From Vicugna vicugna (Eukaryota), in contig MU058423.1 of NCBI GenBank assembly GCA_013265495.1, positions 7,822,721-7,886,720 of the forward strand: 64,000 nucleotides of DNA, in the 5' to 3' direction. The notes under the pieces were generated by a model, which saw only the letters and a program-made list of their open reading frames with translations, was not told the origin of the DNA and ran no database searches. Shown here in pieces: positions 43,223 to 57,240 of the stretch. The position numbers and the translations under genes are program-made. The first letter of the stretch is position 1, and every line of letters begins with the position of its first letter.

Positions 43223-44039
43223 AGGACAGCGATCTGTCTTATTCTTTAAAATAGTTTATTCATATTCTTTCTTCAATTCATTTAACAGCCCTCCTCCTAT
43301 CACAGGCTTTTACTTTGTTTTCGGGATTTTGCTGCCATAACAATTAGAGCAGCCTTTCTTTCCTTGTTTCTACGTGCTTTGTAGGTTACCTATATCCCAC
43401 TTCTAAATAGCTTGGGGCTCACTGAACTTGGGATGGTGCCATCACCTCCGTATGTGTTTACTGCCTACCTACCAAACACCTGATAGTGGCCATTGTCCAG
43501 GTGTCTCAAGCAGTACTCTCTCTGAGTTAGGAGGTGCCCAGCACTACCATCATTCATCTTGCTCAGTTCAGTCTCAGCCCTGGGAGTACTTCAGATGCAG
43601 CTTAAAATAACTGCACTGGAATGAATATATTCCAGATTTGCTGAATACTTCATTGTCATCCACAATTGCTAAGCATCCCAGACCTTGAAGAAGTTAGTTA
43701 GTACTTAAAGAAACAACTTGTTTTAACATTTAACAGATTGGGCCATTATAAGCTTACAAAGCCCTGGAATGAATATTCTAGTTGTATTTTTCTAATGTAT
43801 CATATTCTTACTTATATGGTATCATTTCTAATACTATAATGTTCATTGTATTATTTCCTGTCTAATTTTCTCTTCTGAAATTTTCTGAATGTTTATCATG
43901 AAGAAATGTCCCTCTGGAAGTATGTCCAGTGGAAATGCAATTATGAATTTGGCACTCCCGGTTTTTAATGTTCATGTCATTTTTGCTACTTTAGTAGTGA
44001 TTGCATATACTTGTAAACAGACAATAATGTCTTCTTTAA

Positions 44040-44240
<201 letters not shown>

Positions 44241-44652
44241 TGAGCACAATGGACAGCCACCATGGCACTCCGCTAGAAATAACTGTGCCTTGGCCCACAT
44301 ATGCAAGGTTACAGACTCACTCAAGTCATCAGTCATCTCTCCACTGAAACTGATCACTAGTTTGTAGACTTGCAATAAAAAGTGCCTTATCCTCCTCGAG
44401 CCAGGTGGAGATTATGCATAGATTTAAAGGCATTTCAATATTATGACAAGGGGAAATCTAAGAAAATTAATAATGAAATTTATCAAAGATTTTCTGATGG
44501 TTTATGCCCTGCTAATATGAGGAGAAATACAGAAAATACAAATAATTAAAAGAGGCAAAAAATATCATTAATAATAGCGCATAAAAGAGGGTTGTTTCAT
44601 AATCTGATACAAAAAAGTATTTTTTTTAGACTTTAAGCTGTTTATTGGCAAT

Positions 44653-46998
44653 TATCTAGGACCACTGAAACTGAAGAAACAGTGCTTTTAGGCGTGTTAT
44701 ATGTACTTTTATTAACTATGTATGACAGTGTCATAGATTAAAATAAAATCTGACTATGATAATACCATTTGAGCCTCTCATAAAAAGAAACTATGTTTAT
44801 AGTTTATAAAACACACTATGATCTTATAAACATAATAGCCTCTTCTTTCCTTGCCAATTAGAAAGCGAGATTCACTGCTGATGGTAAGGGAGTGGGCCTC
44901 AATCCAAGCTCTTGGTCAAACATTACAAGTACTTTTCATACATAACTGTGACGGGCAGGGAGCTAGTCAGGAACATGAAACAGGGTCTCTGCATGGCACA
45001 TTTTAATATGGCAGAAATTTTCATGGTTTTGTAATTTTCTTCAGTGGTGCTCAGGAGTCTGAGTAGAGAAGTGCAAAAGATAGTGTTGCACTGAACCAGT
45101 TTTAAAGTTCTATCAAAAAAGCACAACAGAAGAACAAGAGGGTAAGAGAGTTTAGGGTACTGGAAAGAGAGGGGACTAAAGTCATGAACCATGAGGTTAA
45201 ACTGAAGTAAGCAAAGCCAGAAGGTTAAGAAGTTATAACAAATTAGAGTAAGGCCTAGAAGATAAAAATTAATTTAAAGACTATTAGAAATGAGAGAATG
45301 AGTAAACTGGAATAATAGGGAATTTACGGGGAATGGTAAACAGAGAAGAATAGAAGGTGAAAAGCAAATGAATTAATTTTAACCAATATTTATTGAGCAC
45401 ATACTGTGTGCAAGGCAGTGCTGGGCCCCCTGCTGGGCACAATAACACATAATCTGTCTTCTATGAAAGACAACTAAAAAATGTAGGTAAAACTGACAGT
45501 AAAAAGAGGCATAAACAATACTTAATGGTACAAAGAGAAGATTTATTAATTTTGTTGCAAGAAGGCCAGGGGAAGAGTTATAAGATTTGGCAATATTCAA
45601 GAAAATAGTTTTAGACTAGTGTCCCCTCTCCGCCCCAGAAAATACTAAATTACAGAGAAGATCAAAAATCCAAACAATTCTCAACATAAGTTTTCAATGC
45701 TCAGGGTTAAGGTGTCGACTACAGAGCCATTCAGTGAGCCTGATGCTGAGGCCATCAACAAAGCAGGAAGGGATATGCTGGCGTTTCCAGTGCATGGGGG
45801 ATTCCCAAAAGGAAGGGACAGAAGGAGAGAAGCTCAGGGTGTGTGGCTCAGAGTGAAAACCATTCAAGCTCAGATGGGCAATACAGAACTCTGTGACACC
45901 AAGGGACAGCTTGAGAGAGCCAGGGCTGGCAGAGCTGGTGACACATGATGATGCATGTGTATCTATGGGAACTCTCAGGAGAAGACAGGAGACAAAGAAA
46001 CAAAAAGATACAAGGCTGAGGGGAAAAAAAGAGAGAAAATTGCCTATTCTGCAAGTTTGTCTAGCGGAAGCCAGGTTGCCAATAAGAAAGCTTACTTTTC
46101 AGGCAGCACCATAGAACATAATGATTTTGATTTACCTATCTCAGGTAATCCAAGTAGATCTTAACTTGTATGTCAAAATCAATAGCAATAATGATAACTA
46201 TTTTTCTGAAGAATTCTACACATTCAACATGTAATTCCAAGCACTTCAAATATATTACAAATATATTCTATATTAACTAATTTAATCCTGACAACAATCC
46301 TTTAAAGCAGGATTATGTTTCTTCCCATCATTTCAGATGAAGAAATTGATGTACAAAGAAGTTGAGCAACTTATCCAGGGTCATATATCTATTATATATC
46401 AGAACCACAAAGTCCAGCTCCCAAGTTTGGCCTCCTAATACCAATACCAGAAGCCTCTCCAAGTAGACTACAGCACTCTGAATTAAATTTAGTAACAATA
46501 ATTAGATGCTCAAATATGAGTGTATTTATTCACCAAGTCCTATGGGTCAGATTTTGCTCTAGCTGCTGAGGTGCCATATTTGAGAAGAAGAGACGGAACA
46601 TTCCAAAAGTAAGTTTTTAACACAAAAGAATACTTCCAAATTGGAAGAAAAGCCCTCTGGTACACCATTTTTAAACTTACCAAAAACACTAAGTCGGTCA
46701 TTCTTTATATGAAAAGCGTGTTCTAGTTTCCACACTTGAGACTATCACTCTTATATGAAGAGATCCTGGTTGGGCAAGACAGTCTACCTAGTCTACCAAA
46801 ACCCATTGCTGTAAGAGCAACATAGCAGAAAGTGAAATTCTGGAAGGCAATAGTAAGCACAAATCTGTTCCTACTTTAATCTTTTATTTGATACATATAT
46901 TAGCTGGACTTTCCATTGCTCTCTGACTAGTGTACAGAGTTTTAAAATTACTGACTGCCAATAATCAAAGTTTTTGAAAAAGCCCCAAAATATAAATA
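44653..46998 (+). repeat. 2346-bp direct repeat, copy 1 (probable false duplication)
   Basis: Matches 47023-49368 at a constant offset of 2370, with 13 substitutions counted by eye and no indels seen. It ends exactly at the N gap. Confidence 0.95.
46185..46440 (-). mobile_element. MIR SINE (duplicated at about 48555-48810)
   Basis: tttaatcctgacaacaatcctttaaagcagg...tttcagatgaagaaattgatgtacaaagaagttgagcaacttatccagggtcata. Confidence 0.65.
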
Positions 46999-47022
46999 NN
47001 NNNNNNNNNNNNNNNNNNNNNN
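46999..47022. other. Assembly gap (24 N)
   Basis: Run of n characters. Confidence 1.
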
Positions 47023-49368
47023 TATCTAGGACCACTGAAACTGAAGAAACAGTGCTTTTAGGTGTGTTATATGTACTTTTATTAACTATGTATGACAGTG
47101 TCATAGATTAAAATAAAATCTGACTATGATAATACCATTTGAGCCTCTCATAAAAAGAAACTATGTTTATAGTTTATAAAACACACTATGATCTTATAAA
47201 CATAATAGCCTCTTCTTTCCTTGCCAATTAGAAAGCGAGATTCACTGCTGATGGTAAGGGAGTGGGCCTCAATCCAAGCTCTTGGTCAAACATTACAAGT
47301 ACTTTTCATACATAACTGTGACGGGCAGGGAGCTAGTCAGGAACATGAAACAGGGTCTCTGCATGGCACATTTTAATATGGCAGAAATTTTCATGGTTTT
47401 GTAATTTTCTTCAGTGGTGCTCAGGAGCCTGAGTAGAGAAGTGCAAAAGACAGTGTTGCACTGAACCAGTTTTAAAGTTCTACCAGAAAAGCACAACAGA
47501 AGAACAACAGGGTAAGAGAGTTCAGGGTACCGGCAAAAGAGGGGACTAAAGTCATGAACCATGAGATTAAACTGAAGTAAGCAAAGCCAGAAGGTTAAGA
47601 AGTTATAACAAATTAGAGTAAGGCCTAGAAGATAAAAATTAATTTAAAGACTATTAGAAATGAGAGAATGAGTAAACTGGAATAATAGGGAATTTACGGG
47701 GAATGGTAAACAGAGAAGAATAGAAGGTGAAAAGCAAATGAATTAATTTTAACCAATATTTATTGAGCACATACTGTGTGCAAGGCAGTGTTGGGCCCCC
47801 TGCTGGGCACAATAACACATAATCTGTCTTCTATGAAAGACAACTAAAAAATGTAGGTAAAACTGACAGTAAAAAGAGGCATAAACAATACTTAATGGTA
47901 CAAAGAGAAGATTTATTAATTTTGTTGCAAGAAGGCCAGGGGAAGAGTTATAAGATTTGGCAATATTCAAGAAAATAGTTTTAGACTAGTGTCCCCTCTC
48001 CGCCCCAGAAAATACTAAATTACAGAGAAGATCAAAAATCCAAACAATTCTCAACATAAGTTTTCAATGCTCAGGGTTAAGGTGTCGACTACAGAGCCAT
48101 TCAGTGAGCCTGATGCTGAGGCCATCAACAAAGCAGGAAGGGATATGCTGGCGTTTCCAGTGCATGGGGAATTCCCAAAAGGAAGGGACAGAAGGAGAGA
48201 AGCTCAGGGTGTGTGGCTCAGAGTGAAAACCATTCAAGCTCAGATGGGCAATACAGAACTCTGTGACACCAAGGGACAGCTTGAGAGAGCCAGGGCTGGC
48301 AGAGCTGGTGACACATGATGATGCATGTGTATCTATGGGAACTCTCAGGAGAAGACAGGAGACAAAGAAACAAAAAGATACAAGGCTGAGGGGAAAAAAA
48401 GAGAGAAAATTGCCTATTCTGCAAGTTTGTCTAGCGGAAGCCAGGTTGCCAATAAGAAAGCTTACTTTTCAGGCAGCACCATAGAACATAATGATTTTGA
48501 TTTACCTATCTCAGGTAATCCAAGTAGATCTTAACTTGTATGTCAAAATCAATAGCAATAATGATAACTATTTTTCTGAAGAATTCTACACATTCAACAT
48601 GTAATTCCAAGCACTTCAAATATATTACAAATATATTCTATATTAACTAATTTAATCCTGACAACAATCCTTTAAAGCAGGATTATGTTTCTTCCCATCA
48701 TTTCAGATGAAGAAATTGATGTACAAAGAAGTTGAGCAACTTATCCAGGGTCATATATCTATTATATATCAGAACCACAAAGTCCAGCTCCCAAGTTTGG
48801 CCTCCTAATACCAATACCAGAAGCCTCTCCAAGTAGACTACAGCACTCTGAATTAAATTTAGTAACAATAATTAGATGCTCAAATATGAGTGTATTTATT
48901 CACCAAGTCCTATGGGTCAGATTTTGCTCTAGCTGCTGAGGTGCCATATTTGAGAAGAAGAGACGGAACATTCCAAAAGTAAGTTTTTAACACAAAAGAA
49001 TACTTCCAAATTGGAAGAAAAGCCCTCTGGTACACCATTTTTAAACTTACCAAAAACACTAAGTCGGTCATTCTTTATATGAAAAGCGTGTTCTAGTTTC
49101 CACACTTGAGACTATCACTCTTATATGAAGAGATCCTGGTTGGGCAAGACAGTCTACCTAGTCTACCAAAACCCATTGCTGTAAGAGCAACATAGCAGAA
49201 AGTGAAATTCTGGAAGGCAATAGTAAGCACAAATCTGTTCCTACTTTAATCTTTTATTTGATACATATATTAGCTGGACTTTCCATTGCTCTCTGACTAG
49301 TGTACAGAGTTTTAAAATTACTGACTGCCAATAATCAAAGTTTTTGAAAAAGCCCCAAAATATAAATA
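47023..49368 (+). repeat. 2346-bp direct repeat, copy 2
   Basis: Begins exactly after the gap (tatctaggaccactgaaa...) and matches 44653-46998. Confidence 0.95.
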
Positions 49369-50962
49369 CAAATATAAGGATAAATATAAGCATAAGCTCA
49401 AGGGAAATAAAATGCCACTAAAACTGTGACACCAAATGGCTCTCTTTTCAGTATTTCCATAGTAGAACGTAAAACTCCTCATTGTAACAGCTGCAATAAT
49501 ATGCAGTAAATGGTACCAAAAGAACTCTTCTCATTAAAATCCTAATGAAGCAATTGCGTCTTCCTTTAGGGATACCACAAGATGCTCAAACTAATAAGTT
49601 TATTTCAAAATGAGCCACTAAAATGAGTAAAGCTCTGCAATTCTGTCTTTTGACTGTGATATATATGAATCTTTCTCTTTATTAAGACTCTGTCCCCTCC
49701 CACTCATCATGGACATATAAACAAATTCAAAGAATTCCCAGCTTACAGAGTAAGCAGAAATTTCCCCACAAGAAACACAAGCCCATAAATCACATGGCAA
49801 TGGGAGCTCTTGCTATTTTAATGCATTGATAGTAATAACATCTTCTAAATGTAATTTTAAAATGCAATTTTCAGCTCCTTAAATTAGTTAGTGTACAGCA
49901 TGGTTTCTGACAGAACTTATGGATTATTCTCAAATGATCATAGCAGTGATAGCTCTTTCCACAAATGAGGTCTTTTGCAATAAACTCACAACTGAATCAA
50001 ACTCACAAAATATTTTCACTGACCACCACCACCAAGTTAAAGGAAAGAAAATAAAGGTGACACGGCCAGACTGAAAGTGAAACTACAGGTGTGGCTCAGT
50101 CCCAGGATGCTAGAAGGGACACCTTGTTGGCAAAGCATACTTCTTATTCTGTAGACAAAAATCAACACTTTAGTTTCAAACAACTTGGTGCAACTGGCTC
50201 TTTTATTACATAAACCATGAGCACTCTGATCCCTGAAAGAGTTAATTCACTACGTGGGTAAGCAACTGTGTCTTACGTAAATAGCTCTAAATTATCTATG
50301 CTAAGGCAAATCCAAGAATGGGTAATAATTCAAAATAGTAAAGAGCGACATACACTTCTTTGAGCTCTGGAAAGCTTTGCATGACTTATTATACTTCCTG
50401 AAATTACCTCCCTAATGATGCTGTGCCAAGATGGATACTAAAAAGAGGGAGGACTAGAAGCACAGAGTGCTAGAAACCCAAAATTGGAAAAATTCTATTA
50501 GGGAAAAGCTGTTCCAGGATCCAAAATTCTCTCTAAGTATCCTTATATTATTGATAATTACTAAATGGTAATTAAACAACATAATATTTGACCTATTTCT
50601 AATAATTAATAATCAGAAGACAAACCCTGCTTATGTCTCCTAACTACATAATGCATTGTTCACTTTATAAAATGCTACTAGAAAGCGAGGTAATAAATAA
50701 ACCCATAATTGCTACCATAGGAAGTTTTGCAATTATGATAGGGATCAATTTGTTTCACAGAAAAGCAAGTAACCATTTAAAGAGAGGTTCTTGTATTGAA
50801 AAGCCGAGATAAGCAGATATACTACTAATGCTCATGTGGCCATTTACATTCTCATGAAATACCCAATTTCAACTAGAAATCAATACGAATTATGAATATG
50901 TTTTAGTAATCTCCCTTAAGTATCATATGAAAAAGAACGTAGCTGCTTATCTGTTTAAATGA

Positions 50963-51244
<282 letters not shown>

Positions 51245-52419
51245 TAAGAAAGTAGTTTCAATGAAAACTGCATCCTTACATTTTGCAAATAGTCATAAAT
51301 TCTTAATGATAGGGAAGCAAGTACCTTCTTTCTAAATGTAGAGTAAGTGTGCCTTAATGGCTTTGGTATGTCTGGTTATTCAGTGTTACTAGATTAACAG
51401 TTGCCTCATTTTCAGAGCACCCTGTTACGATCCAGTGGCTTGAAATAAGAGGTCTGGCAAATACAGCCATTCTAGTGGCTGCACTAAGCTTTATTTCAGA
51501 CAGGTAACAGGGGATGGTCAGTCACTACTTGGCCAGGGGCGGGGGGAAAGCATTTCTGGTAGTAGAGAAGGTCAGAGACTGGGGAAAAGAACATTGCCCT
51601 GGGACCACATGTGAAATAGCAATGTTAAAGGAAACCAAAACAATTCCTCTGCTATACAGAGCTGGCGTCAGCTGCTCTGATCCACTCAAGAAATAAAAAC
51701 CAGGCACCTACTCAAATACACATTCACTACAAAGGGCCAAGCGTGTGCCTTAGGTCACAGACTCTAATTCTTGACTCCTAAAATGTGTGGTTCAGTCTGG
51801 TCTGAGTTTACAAAGTTTTCCATTGCATCCACGCGCTAGTCATTCGAGTGAAGTAATCATGGGACGAGTCTGTAACTTAATATGAAGTAAGTGTTCATGA
51901 ATTGAGTAAGGAGGGAACAGTATTTTAGTTGTTGCCACGATAGGACATGATGGGGTGGGGTGGGGACCTCAACAGAGGAAAGTGTTCTCTCAAGGTAAAG
52001 AAAAGCTTTTCTGGAATAGGAAATACAGAAGGAAGAGGAGTAAAGAATTAGAAAACAAACAATTTCTAGTGAAGAAACCTTCAGAGAATAAATATAAATA
52101 TTTTAAAATAAAATGTGGATGACTTACAAGAATATTTTAAAGACCATTTATTTTACAGATGCAATTCAAATGATAAAAAAGACCTAAAATACAATATGCT
52201 GCATTCAGTCATCACAGCCTCAAAACAAAGTGGGGAATCGCCAGTCAGAGGCCTCACTGTAGTCATTTCAGGATTTCAGGAGAATCCAACAAAATTAATC
52301 AGACGGCAATGATGTAAACCCTGCAGCAAAACACATGTGCAGCTATCCTCAACGATTTATTTCTCATCATGCAAAGTCCATACTTTTTCATCTATAACTG
52401 TTCTCATAATCACGACTAG

Positions 52420-53070
52420 CAGATTCTAAGACTTGCTCTTCTCCACCCATTGTCCACATTACTGCTGAAGGGATTTTTGAAAGTATAAATCTGAAATCGT
52501 TTTCCTCTATTTAAAATCTCCTGTGCATCTCTTATGCCCTACAACGCAGTCCATGGCTTATATAAGGTCCTTCACGTGTGGCGCTCCCTACATTCTCCAT
52601 CTGAGGTCCTGCCACTCCTCCCTTCACAAGCTATGGCCCAGTCGTATGTGCTCTTCACTCTCTAACCACTGGGCCACACTGAGATGCTATTTGTTCCTTC
52701 TCCTGAAACACTCTTTCCCATGTTAATCTTTTCTTTATCATTAAATACACTTTCACCTACCACATGTGACAAACTCCTACCCATTTTTCAGGTCTCAGTT
52801 TAAATGTCACGTCTTGCCAGAAACTCCACTGCCCTCCCCATGTATCCTCTGCATCCCTGCTGGGTGCTCTCAGACCTTGATTATGTCACCAATGATTGGA
52901 CTTTTCATGTTTCATTATCATTTTGTGTATAATTAAATGTTTCTTTTACTAGACTTTTGTTCCACGAGAATAAGAACAATGTTTGTGATACTCACTTTAA
53001 AATAGTCTATCTCCCAATGCCTAGAAAACTAAGAGAAGATGCTCATTAAATATTTGCTGAATAAATTAAT
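52420..53070 (+). mobile_element. L2 LINE 3' fragment
   Basis: tcaggtctcagtttaaatgtcacgtctt ... gatgctcattaaatatttgctgaataaattaat. Confidence 0.65.
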
Positions 53071-56000
53071 TATATAAGCAATCATAGTAACAATTTCTAA
53101 CAAGTAGAGAGAACAATCCATTTTACTTGCCAAAAAAAAAAGATCTCTCTAGCCACGTATTTGAGTCAAGACGGATGGGACTGAAAAGACTAAGCAAAGG
53201 AAAAGTCATTTATCTGATACAGCATTTCAGAATTTCTTTGTATGCTTTTATAATTCAAGTTGTGCTTATCATAATGGAAAATAGGTAAACATTACTGACA
53301 TAAAGAAATTCTATTATATTGTCTTCTTTTTCACTCAAGAAATACCTTTAGTTCAATGCACATATTCGTTTCTAGCCTGCCAGATGATGTCTCCACCAAA
53401 CAAGTTAAAAAGAAAATCCCAAACCAAGAACTGTTTGAGCGTTCTCAGTATCTAAGGTACTTTGGGGGTTAACAAAGAAGTATCTAAATGCATATTTTTC
53501 AGCCCATAACGTATCTGGGTAAAGATGTTCTATAAAGGACAGCACATAGGACTGATCTATGTAGGGCTATAACTTGATTTGGAAGAGGTCCAATTGTTGC
53601 TAATGAACCATTAAACACCCTGAGAATCAGTTCACTCTGTCATTCCTAGCATCTCATGGTAACATAAAAGCCAATAGCTTGGGGTTAAGTCCAGGCGCCT
53701 GCTCAGTAAAAATGGTCGCTACCAAAATAAGGATGGACAATAGGAAGTTTCTACCTAGTAATCACCTTGAGGCTTAAAGTATGCCAGTTATGTTGTTGAA
53801 GGATTAATGTGGAAAATTCTTGAGGTTTGCTCTATTTTGGAAATGAACTTTAATTCTAAAATATACTTTCTCTGAGTTTACTTAGTAGGAAATAATATCT
53901 ATGTAGTTAGGTAATTCTGCCCTCCTCTCGTCTCTTTCAAAACCCCCATTCTGTTTTTTCTAATCCACATATAACTCCCCACGTGTAATCTCCTGCAATA
54001 TTGAAAATGGTATTTGGGACAAAGAGGGTTAATCTAAGTAGACACAAATTCATCCTATTCCTTGTTACAGAACCACGGACAGTGTTTTCATGGTGTCCTC
54101 TGGCCTTAGGACTGTGATCAAAGATTCATTTTATTAATTTCCTCCATAGACCACGAAGTTTGAAAGAATGTGACTGTCAAATAAATTGCATTAATTAGTT
54201 AACATTTTTATTGTAACTAATCAAAAATATAAAATCTAGCAACCAATATAGATATCAAACAGCAATAATATTAGTATTTAGTTTTCTTATTTAATGAGAT
54301 GATTGCTATTTAAGTTAATTGATATGAACTTACAAAATATTGAAAGCAGTTCTCACATCATAAACTCTTGAGATTATTAGTGGCCTCAAATCCCCACTCA
54401 CTCAGTAGACAGGCCAGTGCCACAAGCAATGATTCTAACTCATTTATGCTTTTGTCCCAAGAACTGGGTACTTTTCTCTATCACACCATGTTTATGTCTA
54501 TTAATCAAAATCACTTACTGAGACTCTCCTGAGTAGAAAGGATATATATCAACTGGACCACAAAACTTAATTACAATGTAGATAACATATCTAGTTAGAC
54601 AGCCCTAATACTGTGAAATATAAAGCCATATTGTTTCTGAAAAAACAAATAAATGAATCTTCATATTTTTTCATTAAAAAATTATGCCAATTTGAAAAGA
54701 GGTATCTGATAGGATACATATATTTACAGAAGAAAACACAAACATTTTATTCTGTGTGGCACTAAGTTGCAATTTAACACTTTACTTAGCTCTTACACTT
54801 TCTGGAAATTGGTACAGATTGGACCAAGCTAACTCTATGAATCCTTTTAACTCCATGCCTAGCAGTATCTCATAAATAAAAGCCTGAATCTCAAAATAGC
54901 AGGACACAGAGACTCAGAAAACAGACGTCAATCAAATCAGGACCATTCAAAGGAAATGTAGAGAAAAAAAAAAAAAAACACATCAGGGGATCATTGTTCC
55001 AAAAGGGTCTAAAATCCAGTTGCTATGCTGCTCAGATCTAGAGTGGGATGTTGGCTAACTGTCACATCAGCAATACAGTAACAGGAGCAAGAAGGTCCAT
55101 CCATCAATCGCATCTTTATTCTTCACAAAAGCCTCTCACCACACACAGCCAATTAGGAGAGGGTAAAAATGGACTGGGGAAAGAAAATAAAATTGCAACC
55201 ATGATAAATACATTTCCATTCACCTTTTCAGTGGATTTGCTTTTAAGGGAAAATATCACAGTGTACATCACATAAATTTTAAGATACTAAAAAACAAACT
55301 AGTGCCACTGTCTGCAAGGTTTAACTTAATAAGGTGCTGAAGGACTCACAAGTCATTGAGATCACTAGGGCACCATTCAGCTTATTTCTACTAGAGAATT
55401 AAAGTTTAAGAGAAAACAAAATTAGAAAAAATGCTTCAACACCAATGCACTCTAGTGGTCTGAATGAGGTACAATAATGCTCTTTCCTAAGAGCTTAATT
55501 TTCTCCTATGACAGATTGAATAAAGTCCCCTGTGCTTAATTAAATCATGTCACATTCCTAGACATGCAAAATATAATTATATGCATGTGAGAATCTGACT
55601 GGAAAAGCACAGTTAAGAGTTCCTGAACACCCCCTGAGATCACCAATAGATATTTAATGTAGATTATAATCAGGCTTTCCAGCTTTCTGGTCCTCTACCC
55701 CCCACTTTCTTGTGCTAGTTCTATTTTAGGGCAACGGTTTGGTGCCATCTAGTGAAGTATAGGATGCATTTTTCTATTAACAGAAACAGGGCTTTTTTGT
55801 TGTTGTTGTTTTCATTTTTTTTAAGCTCAAGTAAAGTTTTGAGCTTTTACATTTAATAGAAGTAACAGCATTCAAAACTTGAGATCACGAGTAATCTCAA
55901 CGTGGATTACTGTCTTTATCATGTTTATGCCAAATTAGTTTTAAAAGAGAAACCAAACTGTCTATGTGGTAATAGTTTTATTTGTACCTTCAACAAATAG

Positions 56001-56399
56001 TTTTGGACTCCTCAGTGTGCATTGGCACTTAACCAGGTACTTGGGGATACAAAGATGAGTAGTAGGCCAGCGTTTCTCTGCATCACAAAGCTGCACTATA
56101 GTGGGGACAGCAAGCACGTAAGTATGCAACTGTAGCAATGCTGAGAGCCTGCTGCTTGACAGACCTAGGTCAGCTTTTGTACATGTGTTAGTCTTAACTG
56201 CTGCCAGAATTCTAGGTCCGGTCGTAATATTAGCAATTTACAGAAAACAGTATTCAGACAGTTTAATTTTCCAAAGGTACATATGTGTTGGAGGCAACAA
56301 CTTTAAACCCAAGTCCTTCTGAATTCAAAGACAGCTTTCTTTCCCACACATGATGTCTTTTTTGGGGTACATACAACAGTAGAGAAATGCCCTGGACAC

Positions 56400-57240
56400 C
56401 TCAGTAAATTTAATTCAGTAAATAGAACCCAACTGTTGTCGAAAAAAGTCACAGTCATTTTTGATTCTTCCTTAAACTTCATTCACATGCAATCACCACA
56501 TCTTCCCCTCTCCCTCAATGATTTCTCAAAACCACCTCTTTGTGCATCCTCACATCACCACCTAACCCAGAGCACCATGCATCACCTCTCAGATGGATTA
56601 CCACAATGGCCTCCTAACCACTCTCTTTACCTGAAGTCTTTCCCTCTCTATCACACTAGGTATTTTGAGTAATCTTTTTGAAATAACAATCTAATTATAT
56701 TACACCTGTGCTTACGTTGATTTCCCTTTAAAGTTCAATCTAAATATCTTTGCACAGTTTGTCTTGGTAACATGGATTCTGCCCAATTCTCTAGACCTTT
56801 TCTCTCAAATTTTCACCACGCACTCACTCTAAGCTTTAGTCATTCTCCTCTTTCCAGTTCCTCAAATCGTGCATGCTTTCTACACCTCCTGGACACTGAA
56901 CCTCCTCTCCCCTTTCATGGAACACTCTTCCTCCCCACCTTACTCATCTGAATTCGAGGTCTGCTTTTCCTTTTGCATATCAGATATCAGCTTGTCTACG
57001 GCATCTCCTCTGATTGCTCCTTAATGTGGCTGAACTCCCCTGGCACAGTCTCCCACACGAACTGCCCCCATGACACTTGGCATTATTTTACAGAGATTTC
57101 CCACTTGCTTTCTGTTTTTTAACCTCTTCTACTTTATAGACAAGTTGTCCGTGCTCTGAGAGGTCAAGGACCATCTGTGTCTCATTCCAGTTGAATCTTT
57201 ATAGACTATGATAAAACATCTGAAATATAATAGGTAGAAA
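56400..57240 (+). mobile_element. L2 LINE fragment
   Basis: ggattaccacaatggcctcctaaccactctc; ccagttcctcaaatcgtgcatgctttc; ctctgagaggtcaaggaccatctgtgtctcattc. Confidence 0.6.

Noticed and set aside
43213..43233. RE1-like tgagcacc-aaa-ggacagcga
   Set aside because: The 3-nt spacer is non-canonical and the site is formed at a MER5A edge, so it is probably chance.
44923..48534. Pairs of near-identical ORFs suggesting a duplicated gene cassette
   Set aside because: They are random intronic ORFs copied by the gap-flanking duplication, with no recognisable protein features.
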